A stretch of DNA of 63,757 nucleotides, counting the filler, from Octopus bimaculoides (taxonomy: Eukaryota): the NCBI RefSeq assembly GCF_001194135.2. It is 7 parts of 6 records of this genome, joined end to end, with 100 filler letters (N's around TTAATTAATTAA, not from the genome) between each part and the next. Parts side by side here need not be neighbours in the genome. Positions count along the whole stretch, not along the records: positions 6,308 to 11,802 come from NC_069008.1; positions 11,903 to 31,961 come from NC_068992.1; 5 more parts are not named here. One strand, 5' to 3'. Each line of letters starts with the position of its first letter. Position 1 is the first letter of the stretch. Below the pieces are notes generated by a model. That model saw only the letters and a program-made list of their open reading frames with translations. It was not told the DNA's origin and did no database searches. Position numbers and translations under genes: made by a program. Below, in pieces: positions 11,332 through 24,269 of the stretch.

Positions 11332-11640
11332 TTACATCTGACCAACGGTATTATTATAACTGTCCTCTATCAACTGGATTTGAGCTCGGATTATATTAAT
11401 GATAAACTGGTTCAACTGGATTTGAGCCAAAATCTTATTAAAGATGATCAGGTTTAACTAGAGTTGAGCCGTGATTATATCAAAGATAATCTGGTTTCGC
11501 ATGAGTTGAGCCGGGATTATATCAAGATGAGCTACAGTTGGACGGGAACATGGGTTCGGCTTCGACTTGAGTAAAGTTGATTAGATACTGTCAGAGAGTT
11601 AACTAGAATTATTTAGATTAGACGAGAATTAATCAGTACT
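11332..11640 (+). repeat. Diverged 42-bp minisatellite (4 clear and about 3 degenerate units)
   Basis: Units from 11371: caactggatttgagctcggattatattaatgataaactggtt / caactggatttgagccaaaatcttattaaagatgatcaggtt / taactagagttgagccgtgattatatcaaagataatctggtt / tcgcatgagttgagccgggattatatcaag. Confidence 0.75.
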
Positions 11641-12220
11641 GATCAGGCAGGACTTAATGATCGATCTCAAAATCGTTATTGAAATTAATTGAACAGGGAA
11701 AAAAAGAAGTGAAAACAAAACGAAAATGATTCTTTTGTGTAAAAATCAGTTTCTGGGAAGTTCTGGAATATTTCAGAAGAAAAGAATCCACTGGGGGGTG
11801 GGNNNNNNNNNNNNNNNNNNNNNNNNNNNNNNNNNNNNNNNNNNNNTTAATTAATTAANNNNNNNNNNNNNNNNNNNNNNNNNNNNNNNNNNNNNNNNNN
11901 NNCTTCATCACTTGTCTGCGTTCATGCGGAACGGCATTAAGTGTTTTCGCCTCTGGCATTAGGAGCGGGAAGTCGGCCTCGTTGAAAACCTTAGCCATAT
12001 TCGTTTTAAAGAATATGGCTAGGAACGAGGAAGATATGTTTGAATTTTTGGAAATAAGGCTCTAAATAGAGCTATTTCCGATTTGAAAAATATATGTTCA
12101 CGAAGTATTTTGTGTTATACACAACTTATACAAAATTTTAAAACAAAATAGGTCTTTTAAGAGGTGAAAAATGCAACTTACATGGGAGCCGATGTGTCTA
12201 CCGTCCGTCCATGATGATAG

Positions 12221-12251
<31 letters not shown>

Positions 12252-13599
12252 GATAGATAGGCATGCATATGTATATACAAACATATATGTGTGTGTATAT
12301 ATTTATAAATGTATATATATATATATATATATATGAATGTATACGCGCACATATACGCATATACCCACACAAAAACATACTTACACACGCAGATATGTTT
12401 GCTGTAGCAGAGTGATCAGTACTCGTGTATTTATTCGTATGTAGGAGTGTTGTTGTATGTGTGAGACTTGATTTGATTGAGTAGAATTTTATAGGCGAAA
12501 TTGTCCTTGTCCGAATGACGTAGAACTCTCTAGACATTTGAGGTCATAAACGATTATTACTTTTCTTAACAACAGTTTTCTCTTCTGTTTTGATGAAGTG
12601 AAAGCTTAGTGAAAAAGTGCTGAGGCAGGAGATAAGATTAGTTGGGGAATGTGCAGTGAACCAGCTATGCACATCAAAAAGAAAGTTTAAAAGTTTCCAG
12701 AAAAGCGACGTTTCAAGGGAATGTATTAACGAACCGAACATCATTGGTATTTTCTAGACAAGACATTGACTAATGTCATTCTAGGTCCGCTTTTTATATC
12801 TGTTCTATTTGGTGCATATACAGTGTCAATGAAATAGATTATATTGAATAGTTCTGAAACGTATTTAGTTCATTGTGTTTGATTATTCTCGTTTGCACCG
12901 GCTTTTAGTATTCATTATTGTCGAATGTCCCATTGACATATTTAGCAATAACGAATTAAAACCTGTTATTGATCGTTCCCATTTATTAATTTAATTATCT
13001 ATTTACTTGTCATTCGTGTACACACACGTACACACACACGTATACACAGATTTAAACATATACAGACAATATGGAAATATCATGCCTTCGAATTTCAGAT
13101 CGACAAAGAACAACAGATACACTGACAAGATTCAAATCAGACGTCCGCTCTACCTTTTATCAAATAAAAGATGGGGACAGGGCGTAGGTTATACGTTCAT
13201 GCTATTTATTACTAATTTGATTGATAAAAAAATGAATCTAATGCTCTGTGGTACACGAAGCTAGTGATAGAAAAGAGGTTCAAGACGTGCTAATAGATAT
13301 TTACAGTATTTACTGTGTGTATCTAAGCATGCTTACATATATGCATATTTGCATACATGCTTTATATCTGTCTGTCTAAACTATTATATACGTATATACA
13401 CACTTATATATATACGTATTATACGTATTATATACGTATAACACACACGCATATACACACATTTATATATACTTGTAAATATGCGTGCGGATGTGTGTGC
13501 GTTAGATTTTTCAAAGTTATTCAGAGAAGCAATCTCGCTATAACACAGTTTCAATATCTATTGTCACTACATTGCTCTATCTACCCACAGTAGAGGTAC

Positions 13600-14586
13600 T
13601 AAACACCCATGCTGAAAGGAGACAAGGAGATAAGTTTGCATCTTTTAGAAAGTTCTTTGAGAAATTTGTTGATAATTGTATTTCCAGTTATAATGTTTCA
13701 GAGTATGTGACAGTAGAGAAAATGTTGGCTGCCTTTAGAGGGAACTGTCTATTCAGGGCCTACATGCCAAGTAAACCAGCAAAATATGGCATAAAATATC
13801 TGCAGATGTTAAACCTTTCCATGAGTGACGTATGAAAATTTATATAGGGAAACAACTAGAAGGCCTTTCTATAGTGGATAATTCAGGAGCAACAGTGTTA
13901 AAACGGTTGGTGTCTCATATTACCTTCTACAACAGAACCACAAGAGGGGTAGACACTGTGGATCAGCTGTGTTCCATCTACAATGCTTCCAGAAATATTC
14001 GATGTTGACCAGTTACAGTTTTCTACACCATACTCAATGTTGCAGGAATAAATGACTACAATATATTCTTGACAAACTCTCAAGTAACTATCAGGCGCCG
14101 AAAATTACTGAAGGAATTAAGACTGAGGGATATAGGTGGAGAACCATACCCAGCATTGCAAGACAAACCCATATTTGAGGAAACACTTGAAAAGGAGAAT
14201 TCAGCATTTCTCAGCATCTAAGGAATTACCTCCAAAACGTTGTCGTGAAGATTCCAAAAATACTCATTGTGCCCCAGGTCAAAAGATCGTAAGACAAGAA
14301 ATTGTTGCTAGAAGTGCTACTAGCCCATCTGCTTGGAACATGCTATGCACATTTGTACTGACACCATACTTAATTCATTAGCATTATGATTGCAAATATT
14401 ACGTTATTTATTTTTTCTCTATATATTTGATTGAAGTGTTTTTGAATTGTTCCTGTTAGAGACAATATTTCGTTTAGCGATCGCAAACATGTTAAGACCC
14501 AGCGTATGTATGTAAGTATCAATTGATGACAGTGTATATGTGTGCATACGTGCATGTGTAAATGTAGTCACACATAGAAAGGTTAA
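13600..14586 (+). mobile_element. Decayed, internally deleted piggyBac transposase with probable right end
   Basis: DKFASFRKFFEKFVDNC...VEKMLAAFRGNCLFRAYMPSKPAKYGIK; EIYIGKQ; FYNRTTRGVDTVDQLCSIY...FYTILNVAGIN; C-terminal Cys-rich CPRSKDRKTRNCC.KC..PICLEH. An aaagg+TTAA end sits at 14583-14586. Confidence 0.85.
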
Positions 14587-14695
14587 ACGGGAGTAAGTTG
14601 AAACGTAGTACTATCAAACATGCTGACAAATATATAAATATCACAACGTAATATTTGCAATCATAATGCTAATGAATTAAGTATGGTGTATTTTG

Positions 14696-14771
<76 letters not shown>

Positions 14772-15482
14772 TAAAAATAAATACAACAAAAGGGTTTTGT
14801 ATGATCGTGTATAGAGGAATATATTATTTTATTTAAAAGAGTTTCAACTCTGTTTTTTATGTTTTATTTATATTCTTGTAAAATTAATGTGGGATATAGA
14901 ATATGGAATATATAATATATAATATAAAAATGGATGGTACAATGAAATGAAGTATTGAATGTCTTATTGAATATATGGAATATGCCTTATTGAATATATG
15001 AAATATTGAGTGTTCAATATAAAGGATTAAATATATAAACGCGAATACGTATTTTCAATACCTTGTGGTATTTCATCATGGCCGGTATCTGACAGACTGT
15101 TACAGATAGGTGTCGGACTTTTAAAGAGTATTTCTCATGGTAACAACCATTACTCTGGATTTGAGTGACGTGGATTCATTTAGACAACCACAGACACTAA
15201 AGTTTTCCCCAAAATCCAGGGTTTTTATAACTGCTCAACTTGACTTTTAAGAATTGAAATTGCATAAAAATTTTCTTTTACTAATTTTCAGAATTCAAAT
15301 ATAAGCAGTTATTTCAACCAATGGGAAAACGATAATCATATTTCCTCGGCAATACAACATTCCGTCATATTGCCGGCTGTTATGAATTGGCGCCATGCTA
15401 CATGAATGGCTGTACGCTAATATATATATTAGCGTGTAGCATGTATGTATGTATTTATGTAGGTATGCATGTATAGATAGAC

Positions 15483-15528
<46 letters not shown>

Positions 15529-16174
15529 GTGATAAATAGATATAACAGAGTTTTATTATTTCATTTTGTTTCATCTTTCATTCTTTACCTGTGGTGGGAG
15601 GTTTATCTTTCAAAGCTACAATGAAGGAGAAAGGGTGTCACTGAAAAACGCGCTACAGAGATTGCATCATATATCAACCGCTCCTATTCCACTCCCGAGG
15701 ACAAGCTGAGAATATTCAGATTAAAAGAACAAGCAGATATTTTCTGCCGATAAGCCTTTGGAGTCTTCCATGTTTACCGATGTACATAAAGCTATGATAT
15801 AGTTATGTCTTATTGTTGCAAGCACTGTAGTGTCTCTTTACGATTCACACAGCAGCAATTTACTGTAGATTGTACGGATGAGGGGTGGAAAATATCTACG
15901 TGCTGTCTTAATCTGGATGATTGTCATTTTAGTCTTGTGCCTAGAAATGAAGCTGGTGATATTTTGTATTGTAATTACATTTTTCTTTGTCTCACCATAA
16001 TTTTTTTGAAAGGACTGCTTTTGGTCGAATATTTGAAAGAAAACATAACACACTGCTTCAATAAAATCTTATTGTTGTGGCTTTCAGATCTGTTCAATAA
16101 CACACATATAACAATATATGCGTATGCATGCCTATATATATGTGTGTGTGTGTATATACGTATGTTTATACATG

Positions 16175-16223
<49 letters not shown>

Positions 16224-16273
16224 ATACACATATACACACATATACACTTCTGTATACATATATNNNNNNNNNN

Positions 16274-16312
<39 letters not shown>

Positions 16313-19300
16313 AACCTGCACATTTATGAACATAAATAATATGTTCATGTGCGTGCGTTTGCGTGTATCTATTTGTGAATATATGCATATATGTGTATAT
16401 CTATTGTGAATATATACATGTTTGTGTGTATGTGAGGGAGAGGGAGCAGTATTTCATTATGTATTCCATTATGTAAATGTTTGATATAACTGCAGATGTC
16501 TTTGTAATCTATCCTTGCCGTAAGATGACATTTTGTAGTTTTGTTTGTTTTATTTATCAACGAATTTATTTCTTTTTCTTTTTCCCCTCTAAATATAAAG
16601 ATGAAAATTGATGTCATAAAATTTAATGAGAATTTTAATTACTTTACCTCAAGAACAATTAAAGCATTACGCTGCAGCCTGGAACTATTTTATTAATATA
16701 TTTAATATGTCATGACCCCATTCAGTGCAGTTGTTATCTCATAATATCACATGCCTGTTTTTGTGGGTAACTACCAACACTGATATTGCAATTTTTTATT
16801 TTTTTATTTTCCATTACGTTTATTTAATACTTTCTTTTGTTTCATATATAAACAGATCATAAATTCGATAAAAGAGTCGATGATTAAATGTGAAAGAATA
16901 AATATTTATAGATACAAAATTTAGTTAAATAGCAGAGACTCTAATTAAAATCACAAAATTCTAATCATAACATACATATTGCTTTTAAATTACAATTTCT
17001 TTTATTTTATTTTATGGTTAGTCGAGACCACGACACGGTTAGTATTTTATGATAATGCAAGTTCACTTCACTTTTCCCGCCAAAGACACTGGGAAGAGCA
17101 CAATTATCAAAGTTTACTGGTTGTTATTCTACTAAATTATGCAGCAGTCTGCTTAGTTGAAACAAATTTATATATTCTATAATAGTTCGAAACATAATAA
17201 GATTGGCTTTAAATATATCAACAAGAATGTAGCTTGCCTTTTATTATTCGTGCTTAGGTCAAATAAGTTTATTTGACGCTTTGAAATGCTGATACTACAT
17301 ACTAATGAGAAAATATTTTATTTTGTGTAAAATTCTAATTCTCTTCTCCAGTAATTATTTTATAAAGGAAACACTTAAGCACATTGTATTATTCTGTCCT
17401 CTTGCAAATCCGATTTCACCAATACATACTAGCTTACAAGATTAAAGATTAAAGATTTCCGGGCAAAAGTTTTGCCACAAATGCTGACAGTTCTTAGTTT
17501 TCCAACATAGAAAAATAGGTGAATTATATATTTTGATCTTGGGCAATATTATATTTAGTAAATGTATAATTCCATATAGTCGAACCAGTGAAGAATGTTT
17601 TTTTTTGCAATTATATTTAGCATGGTTGTGATGGACTAAAGTTTCAAGACAAAAATCACGTATGTGCATAGAAACTTAGTACTCTTTCGAGTTTTAGAGG
17701 ATTTTTTGCTAATTGCTACTAAACATTTTTTTTTTGTGTATTCAACTTTAGAAGCTTGTGTGGTATAGAATTGTATATATAAGAAAAAACTGGTGACTAT
17801 GTCAATATATGTCACCAACATTGTCTTCGTTCAGCATTTTCCATGGAAATTGTAGGCTAAATCCTCTCTTTCAAGATGTGTTTAAAATTCACAAACAATA
17901 AACAAAGAAGACAACTCAAATAAGAACAGATTGTTAAAACAAAACTCACAAGATTCTTTCTAGTTTTGTTTATTTGTTGATCACCCTTTGGCTTGCCAAC
18001 TTAGTACTATATGCTTCACAGAGAAGGTGAAAATAATACAGAAATACTTCCATCGCCTTCACAAGTTGCCGTAATAGACTTAATCCACACCCTTCAACAG
18101 TGTCTATATTCTAAAATTATTTCAGTTAAATCTATTATATTTCCATTGTGAATTTTCTTTAATACATCTAAAACTAATTTTCCTCAAAGCGTAAACTACA
18201 TGAAATTAATTAGTAGTAGATATTATATCAAGCTGCTTGATAGATTTTACACCATGCTCACCATTTCTCATAACAATAACACAATTTACATCACAGTTGT
18301 AGTTGAACTATACTTGGTATAAATCAGTGAATGCCAAAACGTCATAATTAGTAGTATATAGGGAACGAATTGGGCATGTTAGTGATTATATATGATTTTT
18401 TATGATATTTATTCATCGATCTCATAAAACCTGATATAAACTTTTTCTAAAGGATGTAGATAATATACTCATATACTGAAGAAGTAGCTTTAAATCATTC
18501 CAGGTTATTCAGCTTCTGCCAGTTGAAGCCTACTTGTTATAGAGGGATTTCAAAATCATTTTCAAAATTAATGTTGTTCAAGAATTAAAAGCAGAGATTT
18601 GAAATCAAAACGAGAAAAATTAAATTAATAACTTTCATTGTAATCGACAACAAACGATTGGGTTACAATATTGCATTTAGTTTAATTTCCATAGTGACCA
18701 ATGAGATATATAGCCATTTATTTCAAGATGAACGATAGCAAAGTCGTTCATCTAGAAGCAAATATGTCCCAGCTGTGAGAAAATGAAGTGGATGGATGAT
18801 ACGGTTGAAAACGCAGGGACAGAATTATCCTAATGTTAAATGAATAATGAATTGTGCCAGGTGATATATCTAAATATGTGCAACCTGTTTGCGTCGATTG
18901 GAAATATTTCTAGAACGTTTTACTGAAGGAAAATGTTTTATTAAGAATTATTTAAACATGAAAATATGACAAGTATAGTATGTATTTTGATTTAAGAAAA
19001 GAGAAAATCAAATCCGCTTCAAGAATATATGGCAGCGCTTATATATATTAGCAACTCTCACCGCTACTAGTTACATTTATGAAAAAAAGTTTATTACAAG
19101 ACTACTCTTACTGTCAATGTTGTTGTTGCTCGCTAGTTTACGGTATATGTACCCAACCCACGCATTGCTTTTTGTTGGTATGATGACTGCTTCTCCTCCA
19201 AGATTCTGTTTAGGTAGGCCAGTTCAGCTTCCTTTGAGTCGCATGAAACAGTTGTATTTTCTGAATACCTGCACAGGACTTCTTCCAGCAGTGACGATAT

Positions 19301-19368
19301 TCTCTCACATTTAAGTATGCATGGAACGTACTCATTCCTTTTTTACTCTTCAGTGGATGTTATCTGGG

Positions 19369-19443
<75 letters not shown>

Positions 19444-19467
19444 ATTTCTGTACATCACACCTAACAC

Positions 19468-19513
<46 letters not shown>

Positions 19514-20669
19514 TGAGAGACATATATTCTCCGCATAGAATATACTTTGTAGCGTTCAAGAGGTTTAAACTTGAGCAGGTAGAGGAGTACATGTAAGGAT
19601 ATACAAGTTAGACATGACGATATACAAAAAATATTAAATACATTTAATAGAAAAAATGTACATATGTTTACATACAAAAGGTCAAGATTACAAATAATAG
19701 AAATGATATCAGAAATTGAAGGGGTTGAATAAGAGCTTTACGAGTCCAACAGCTACTTCTTTGGGTTGGTGGTTCAAAATAATTATTGTTAATAGATTAC
19801 ATCATCGGATAATACCGGCTCCCGTTTTCAGGGAAGAAGTTTTACACTTGAGGTATTGAGAGAAGGAGATTAAAGAAAGAATGATTTTGTGGAGAACTAA
19901 AGGAGGAGTTGGGTGGTATTTAGACTGAGTAATGGGAGGGGAAAATAAATTTGAGAGTTAGGGGTTAATAATGAGGTTAGTAGGAAATCATAGTAGTATA
20001 GGTTTAAGGTGGGAGGAATTTGGAAGTGTGGCTTCGGTAGTGAATGGTAACCTTTGTGTTAGTTTGTGTGGAGGCTATGGAGTTAAAGGTTAAATTCGAG
20101 AATTACAGAATAAGGATTTCGTTTCAATTAAATTACTCTCCTTCAAAATTATGTTTCACTTTCATGGGGCCCTGGAAACGAAGAAAAATACATCAGAAAA
20201 ATAACAGGTGTGAAAACGAGTTGAGTATTTCATGGATCCCTAAGAATTTCAAAACACCACATAACAATAATTGAATTTACAACTCTACTTTCACTTTTGT
20301 TAATGCAGATGTAACTGTTCAAATCATTTTGTGAGTGGGAAAAGGTATTTGGGATTGTAATTGAGATGCGTTGCTTGTTGTTAGTGACGTCGTCGTGTTT
20401 TTATTTTTTATTTTCATGTTTCGCTATTTTTTCCGATTGTCTTTAAAATCTACCTATTTACGACCAGGAACTTGTAGTAGTAGACACCCGCTGAAATAGC
20501 AACTAAGTTCAACAGAGATGGCTGAAAATTCGTGGCTGTAGACAAATTGAAAAATAAAGCAGAAGAATAACACCGGCGACAGTGACAGATACTACATCAC
20601 TATCATCAGTGAAATTTCTTTGCGAAGGTAAAACAAAAATAAAAATAAAAACAAATTTGTAGGCTGTAT

Positions 20670-21109
20670 TTACTCTTTTACTCTTTTCCTTGTTTCAGTC
20701 ATTTGACTGCGGCCATGCTTGAGTATCGCCTTTAGTCGACCAAATCGAGCACAGGACTTATTCTTTGTAAGCCTAGTACTTATTCTATCGGTCTCTTTTG
20801 CCAAACCGCTAATTTACGGGAACGTAAACTCGCCAGATCGGTTGTCAAGCGATGTTAGGGGGGCAAACAGAGACACACGAACATATACACACACATACAT
20901 ATATATATATACATATATACGACGGGCTTCTTTCAGTTTCCGTCTACCAAATCCACTCACAAGGCTTTGGTCGGACTGAGGCTATAGTAGACACTTGCCC
21001 AAGGTGCGACGCAGTGGGACTAAACCCAGAACCATGCGGTTGGTAAGCAAACTACTCACCGCACAGCCACTCCTGCGCTTGTGCTTACCACACAGCCATT
21101 CCTGCGCCT
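20670..21109 (-). mobile_element. SINE family A, full length with duplicated 5' head
   Basis: Head ggcgcaggaatggctgtgtggtaag occurs twice; CORE-like ccttgggcaagtgtc; central (TA/CA)n; (aaagagt)n tail. Confidence 0.85.
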
Positions 21110-21987
21110 ATTAAAGGAAATTTCTTTAAGTAGACATTTTTTTAACAAATAGATATAGGAAGGCCCTCTTCATGCAAACTCGCTGAGAAGAAGGCCATAA
21201 TATTTGGGGGCCCACGTCATTTGCTCCCCTTTCCTCCTATGAATCCAGTTATGTTCTTACCTCAACTCAAGTATCACCATCTTGATTCGGGTCTGTAGCA
21301 GTGACGAGAGAAAAGCAACGAATGTGAAATCAGCAACAATTGCAGCACATCTTTAATAAAAACAGTAGCAGCAGAGGGAGTAGCAACAACTACAACAACA
21401 AAGGATGCGTTAGCATGAACAATGGCATGTCAAAGCATTCGCAGAGTCCGTTGCCACCATGACTGCAGCGTTTTGGAGCAGCAGGAACAAAATCACTCCA
21501 GGAAAGAACAATAACGACGGCAACGATGGTGAAGGCAACAACAGCAGCAGCACCTCTCTCAACGGCAACAAGAGTAACACGGAAAGCAATAACATTTGCA
21601 GAACAACAGCAACAATTGCAGATCTTCTTTTGCTGGAGTAGTCTCCACATAGAACTAATAGAGTAAATCTCTAGAGGACAAATGTGACAAATTATTACGT
21701 GCCGTTCGATTTCGGAAAGATAGAGATTACCCCTCCTCCAGAAACTTTTACAGCTAAAAATTTATATATATATATAAAGATATATATATATATATATATA
21801 TATATANNNNNNNNNNNNNNNNNNNNNNNNNNNNNNNNNNNNNNNNNNNNNNNNNNNNNNNNNNNNNNNNNNNNNNNNNNNNNNNNNNNNNNNNNNNNNN
21901 NNNNNNNNNNNNNNNNNNNNNNNNNNNNNNNNNNNNNNNNNNNNNNNNNNNNNNNNNNNNNNNNNNNNNNNNNNNNNNNNNNNNNNN

Positions 21988-22021
<34 letters not shown>

Positions 22022-22029
22022 GCTAGATA

Positions 22030-22500
22030 AGTTTAAAAAGTTATCGCCTGGGGACGGCCACTAACGCTCAATTAGAAAAAGGAATTTTGTGATATATGAA
22101 AAGACATCGTACATTTATCTAGAGCAAGAAAGTTTGGTATGGTCATAATTGTATTTAAGACTGAGACCTTCACACTGCAACATTCAGTGGTCACCCACTG
22201 CAGGAGGACTTTACTCACTTCCCATGTATTTGAGAAGAAGTACAGTAACGGTGATAATATCGGGGTTTTTTTCAGTAAAATTAGATCTCTGTTAGGTATC
22301 GGCATGCAACATGTTGGAGGAAAATGAAACTTTACGAGATGTGAAGAGAACAATGTTGGAGAATTGGTTTGGGACGTAGTGGAGATTCTTTTCCAGAACT
22401 TCGGGAAAGGATTCAAGATTTTATATCCATGCCATATGGAGAGAAACTATGAGGAACTGTGAAGAGCAAATGACCCAGATGCTACGACCATGGTAGAATA
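22030..22500 (+). pseudogene. Possible L1/Tx1 ORF1 (RRM-like) remnant
   Basis: KDIVHLSRARKFGMVIIVFKTE... with in-frame stops, lying co-oriented upstream of the endonuclease remnant at 24270. Family assignment is by recalled resemblance only. Confidence 0.3.
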
Positions 22501-24269
22501 GACCAACATAGACCGTTTTACCCACGCATTCAAACCAGGAACAGGACTGGAGGGCTCCTCAATCAGTATCAGCAAAAAAGAAAATAGGAACTACAAAACA
22601 GCACATGGAAGAACATCAACAATAGCAGCAGCTACAACGACAACACCTCGAATTGCAATACAAATTGTAGGGCGAACAAGGTCAACATCGAATTCGCCAA
22701 CAGTAGTACTGACTTGACGAAAACTAATGGATAAAAGATTCGCCACCCATACCATATCCCAACATTACCCCTTCTCTTCCTTCTACGTGGAGAAAGAAGT
22801 ATGTATGTAAAAAAGGATACTTATCATTGCCTCTGTACGAATCAGTCAACAGACTATACCTCTGATAATGAACAAGGTGGGGCAAGAAAAAAATTAAATT
22901 TCGGAAAGGAAAGGAACGAACACAAAATAATATTAGTTCCCAGTCGATTATGAAGAAAGCTATATCTACAACACCAAGTGCATCCTTAATACTGCCATCT
23001 CCTCTCAGATCAACAAAAAGAAAATGCACAAACGAAAGAATCAGAGATATAATAGAAATAAGCAGACAAATACCCACCACCAATAAGACAAAAACTAAAT
23101 ACACAATACAGCTCAAAACAAAAAACAATAAATTCCTGCTAGAAAGAACAACATAGAGAAATGCTATCTTACGTAATGCAATGAAAATGCATACAGACGG
23201 CGAGAGCGGCTTTCAATAAAAGCACAGTCGAAGTTCCGGAGAATCAGAAATAGATAAAAGAGCCAAAAAGGAACTGAGAGAAACTTCAGAGTTAAGGCAT
23301 TTTGATACACTTGATTGTCTACAAAAACCATTAAGGAAGTGATTCTCTTTTCTCCTTCTGTCATAAATCCATCTATTTTCTCTACCAACTATTGCTGGGA
23401 AGTTCATGGGATAGAGTACTCAAGTACCTTACCTATAGAGTCCTATCATACCCAACTTCATTATTCTTTCTGGCTGGATTCCCAAGCGAGACCTCACAAT
23501 GCCGAGAAGTAGTGGCTCAGTTTAGAGAGACTTCCTGATCTTTGAGCTACGCACCCTATCCAGTATAACCAGGGATTCTTCGGAGAGATATCATTTCGAC
23601 TACTTGTATTCGAGGGCGTAGACTTTTGGTCATTACGTAACATTCATGGCCATAGATAAGAATAGGTACAAAAACCGAAATGAAAATTACGGGTTTGGCC
23701 TCTTTGGGTATTAAATGCCGGAGATGGCACTGTACTGTACCAACACTCTAGCATCTACTTCAGCCGCCTGCTTCTCATCACTCGTGAAAATAGACCGTAG
23801 ACATTAAAGCTTCTCTATTTGTCTCACTGAAGTTCCACTAATATGTAGAATGTACTGGAAAGACTTTCCCCGAGACAATGAATATCTCAATCTTCTCAAT
23901 TCTAAATCTTATCTCTGTCTTGGAGCAACTGGCAGCGAACCCACTCACTGCTTCATGAAGATCACCTTCTGATGAACCATGTGGCACATGTGGCAATATA
24001 TCGCCTGCAAATGCTATTCGACTGATCCTACGCGTACCGAATGCGATACCGCTTCTACAAGGGCTGCACATGTCAATCAAGTTCATAAAAGCTGTGAAAA
24101 GGAGAGATGACAATACTCTTCCCTGCTAAAGTCTAATATTCACTTTGAAATATTTCGACTTCGCACCACTTACTGGAACACAAAAATCTGAGCATTCTTA
24201 TACTGATTTCATGCAAACAGAAGTTGCCCATTAATTCTATCCTACTTTTCTAAAAATAGCAGCTTTAAG

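Noticed and set aside
11371-11530. Possible CRISPR-like array (42-bp period; also the 18-bp repeat at 39000)
   Set aside because: Contiguous tandem units with no unique spacers, no cas genes and a eukaryotic context.
18021-18530. Weak + strand exon candidates (EGENNTEILPSPSQVA; VIQLLPVEAYLL*)
   Set aside because: Acceptors are plausible, but donors are weak or absent and there is no recognisable homology.
20500-20632. Possible first exon ending at GAAG|GTAAAA
   Set aside because: The upstream ATG frame stops after 7 codons and there is no other support.
21390-21650. Overlapping N/S/Q-rich ORFs on both strands
   Set aside because: Degenerate CAA/CAG low-complexity sequence with no domain or splice support.
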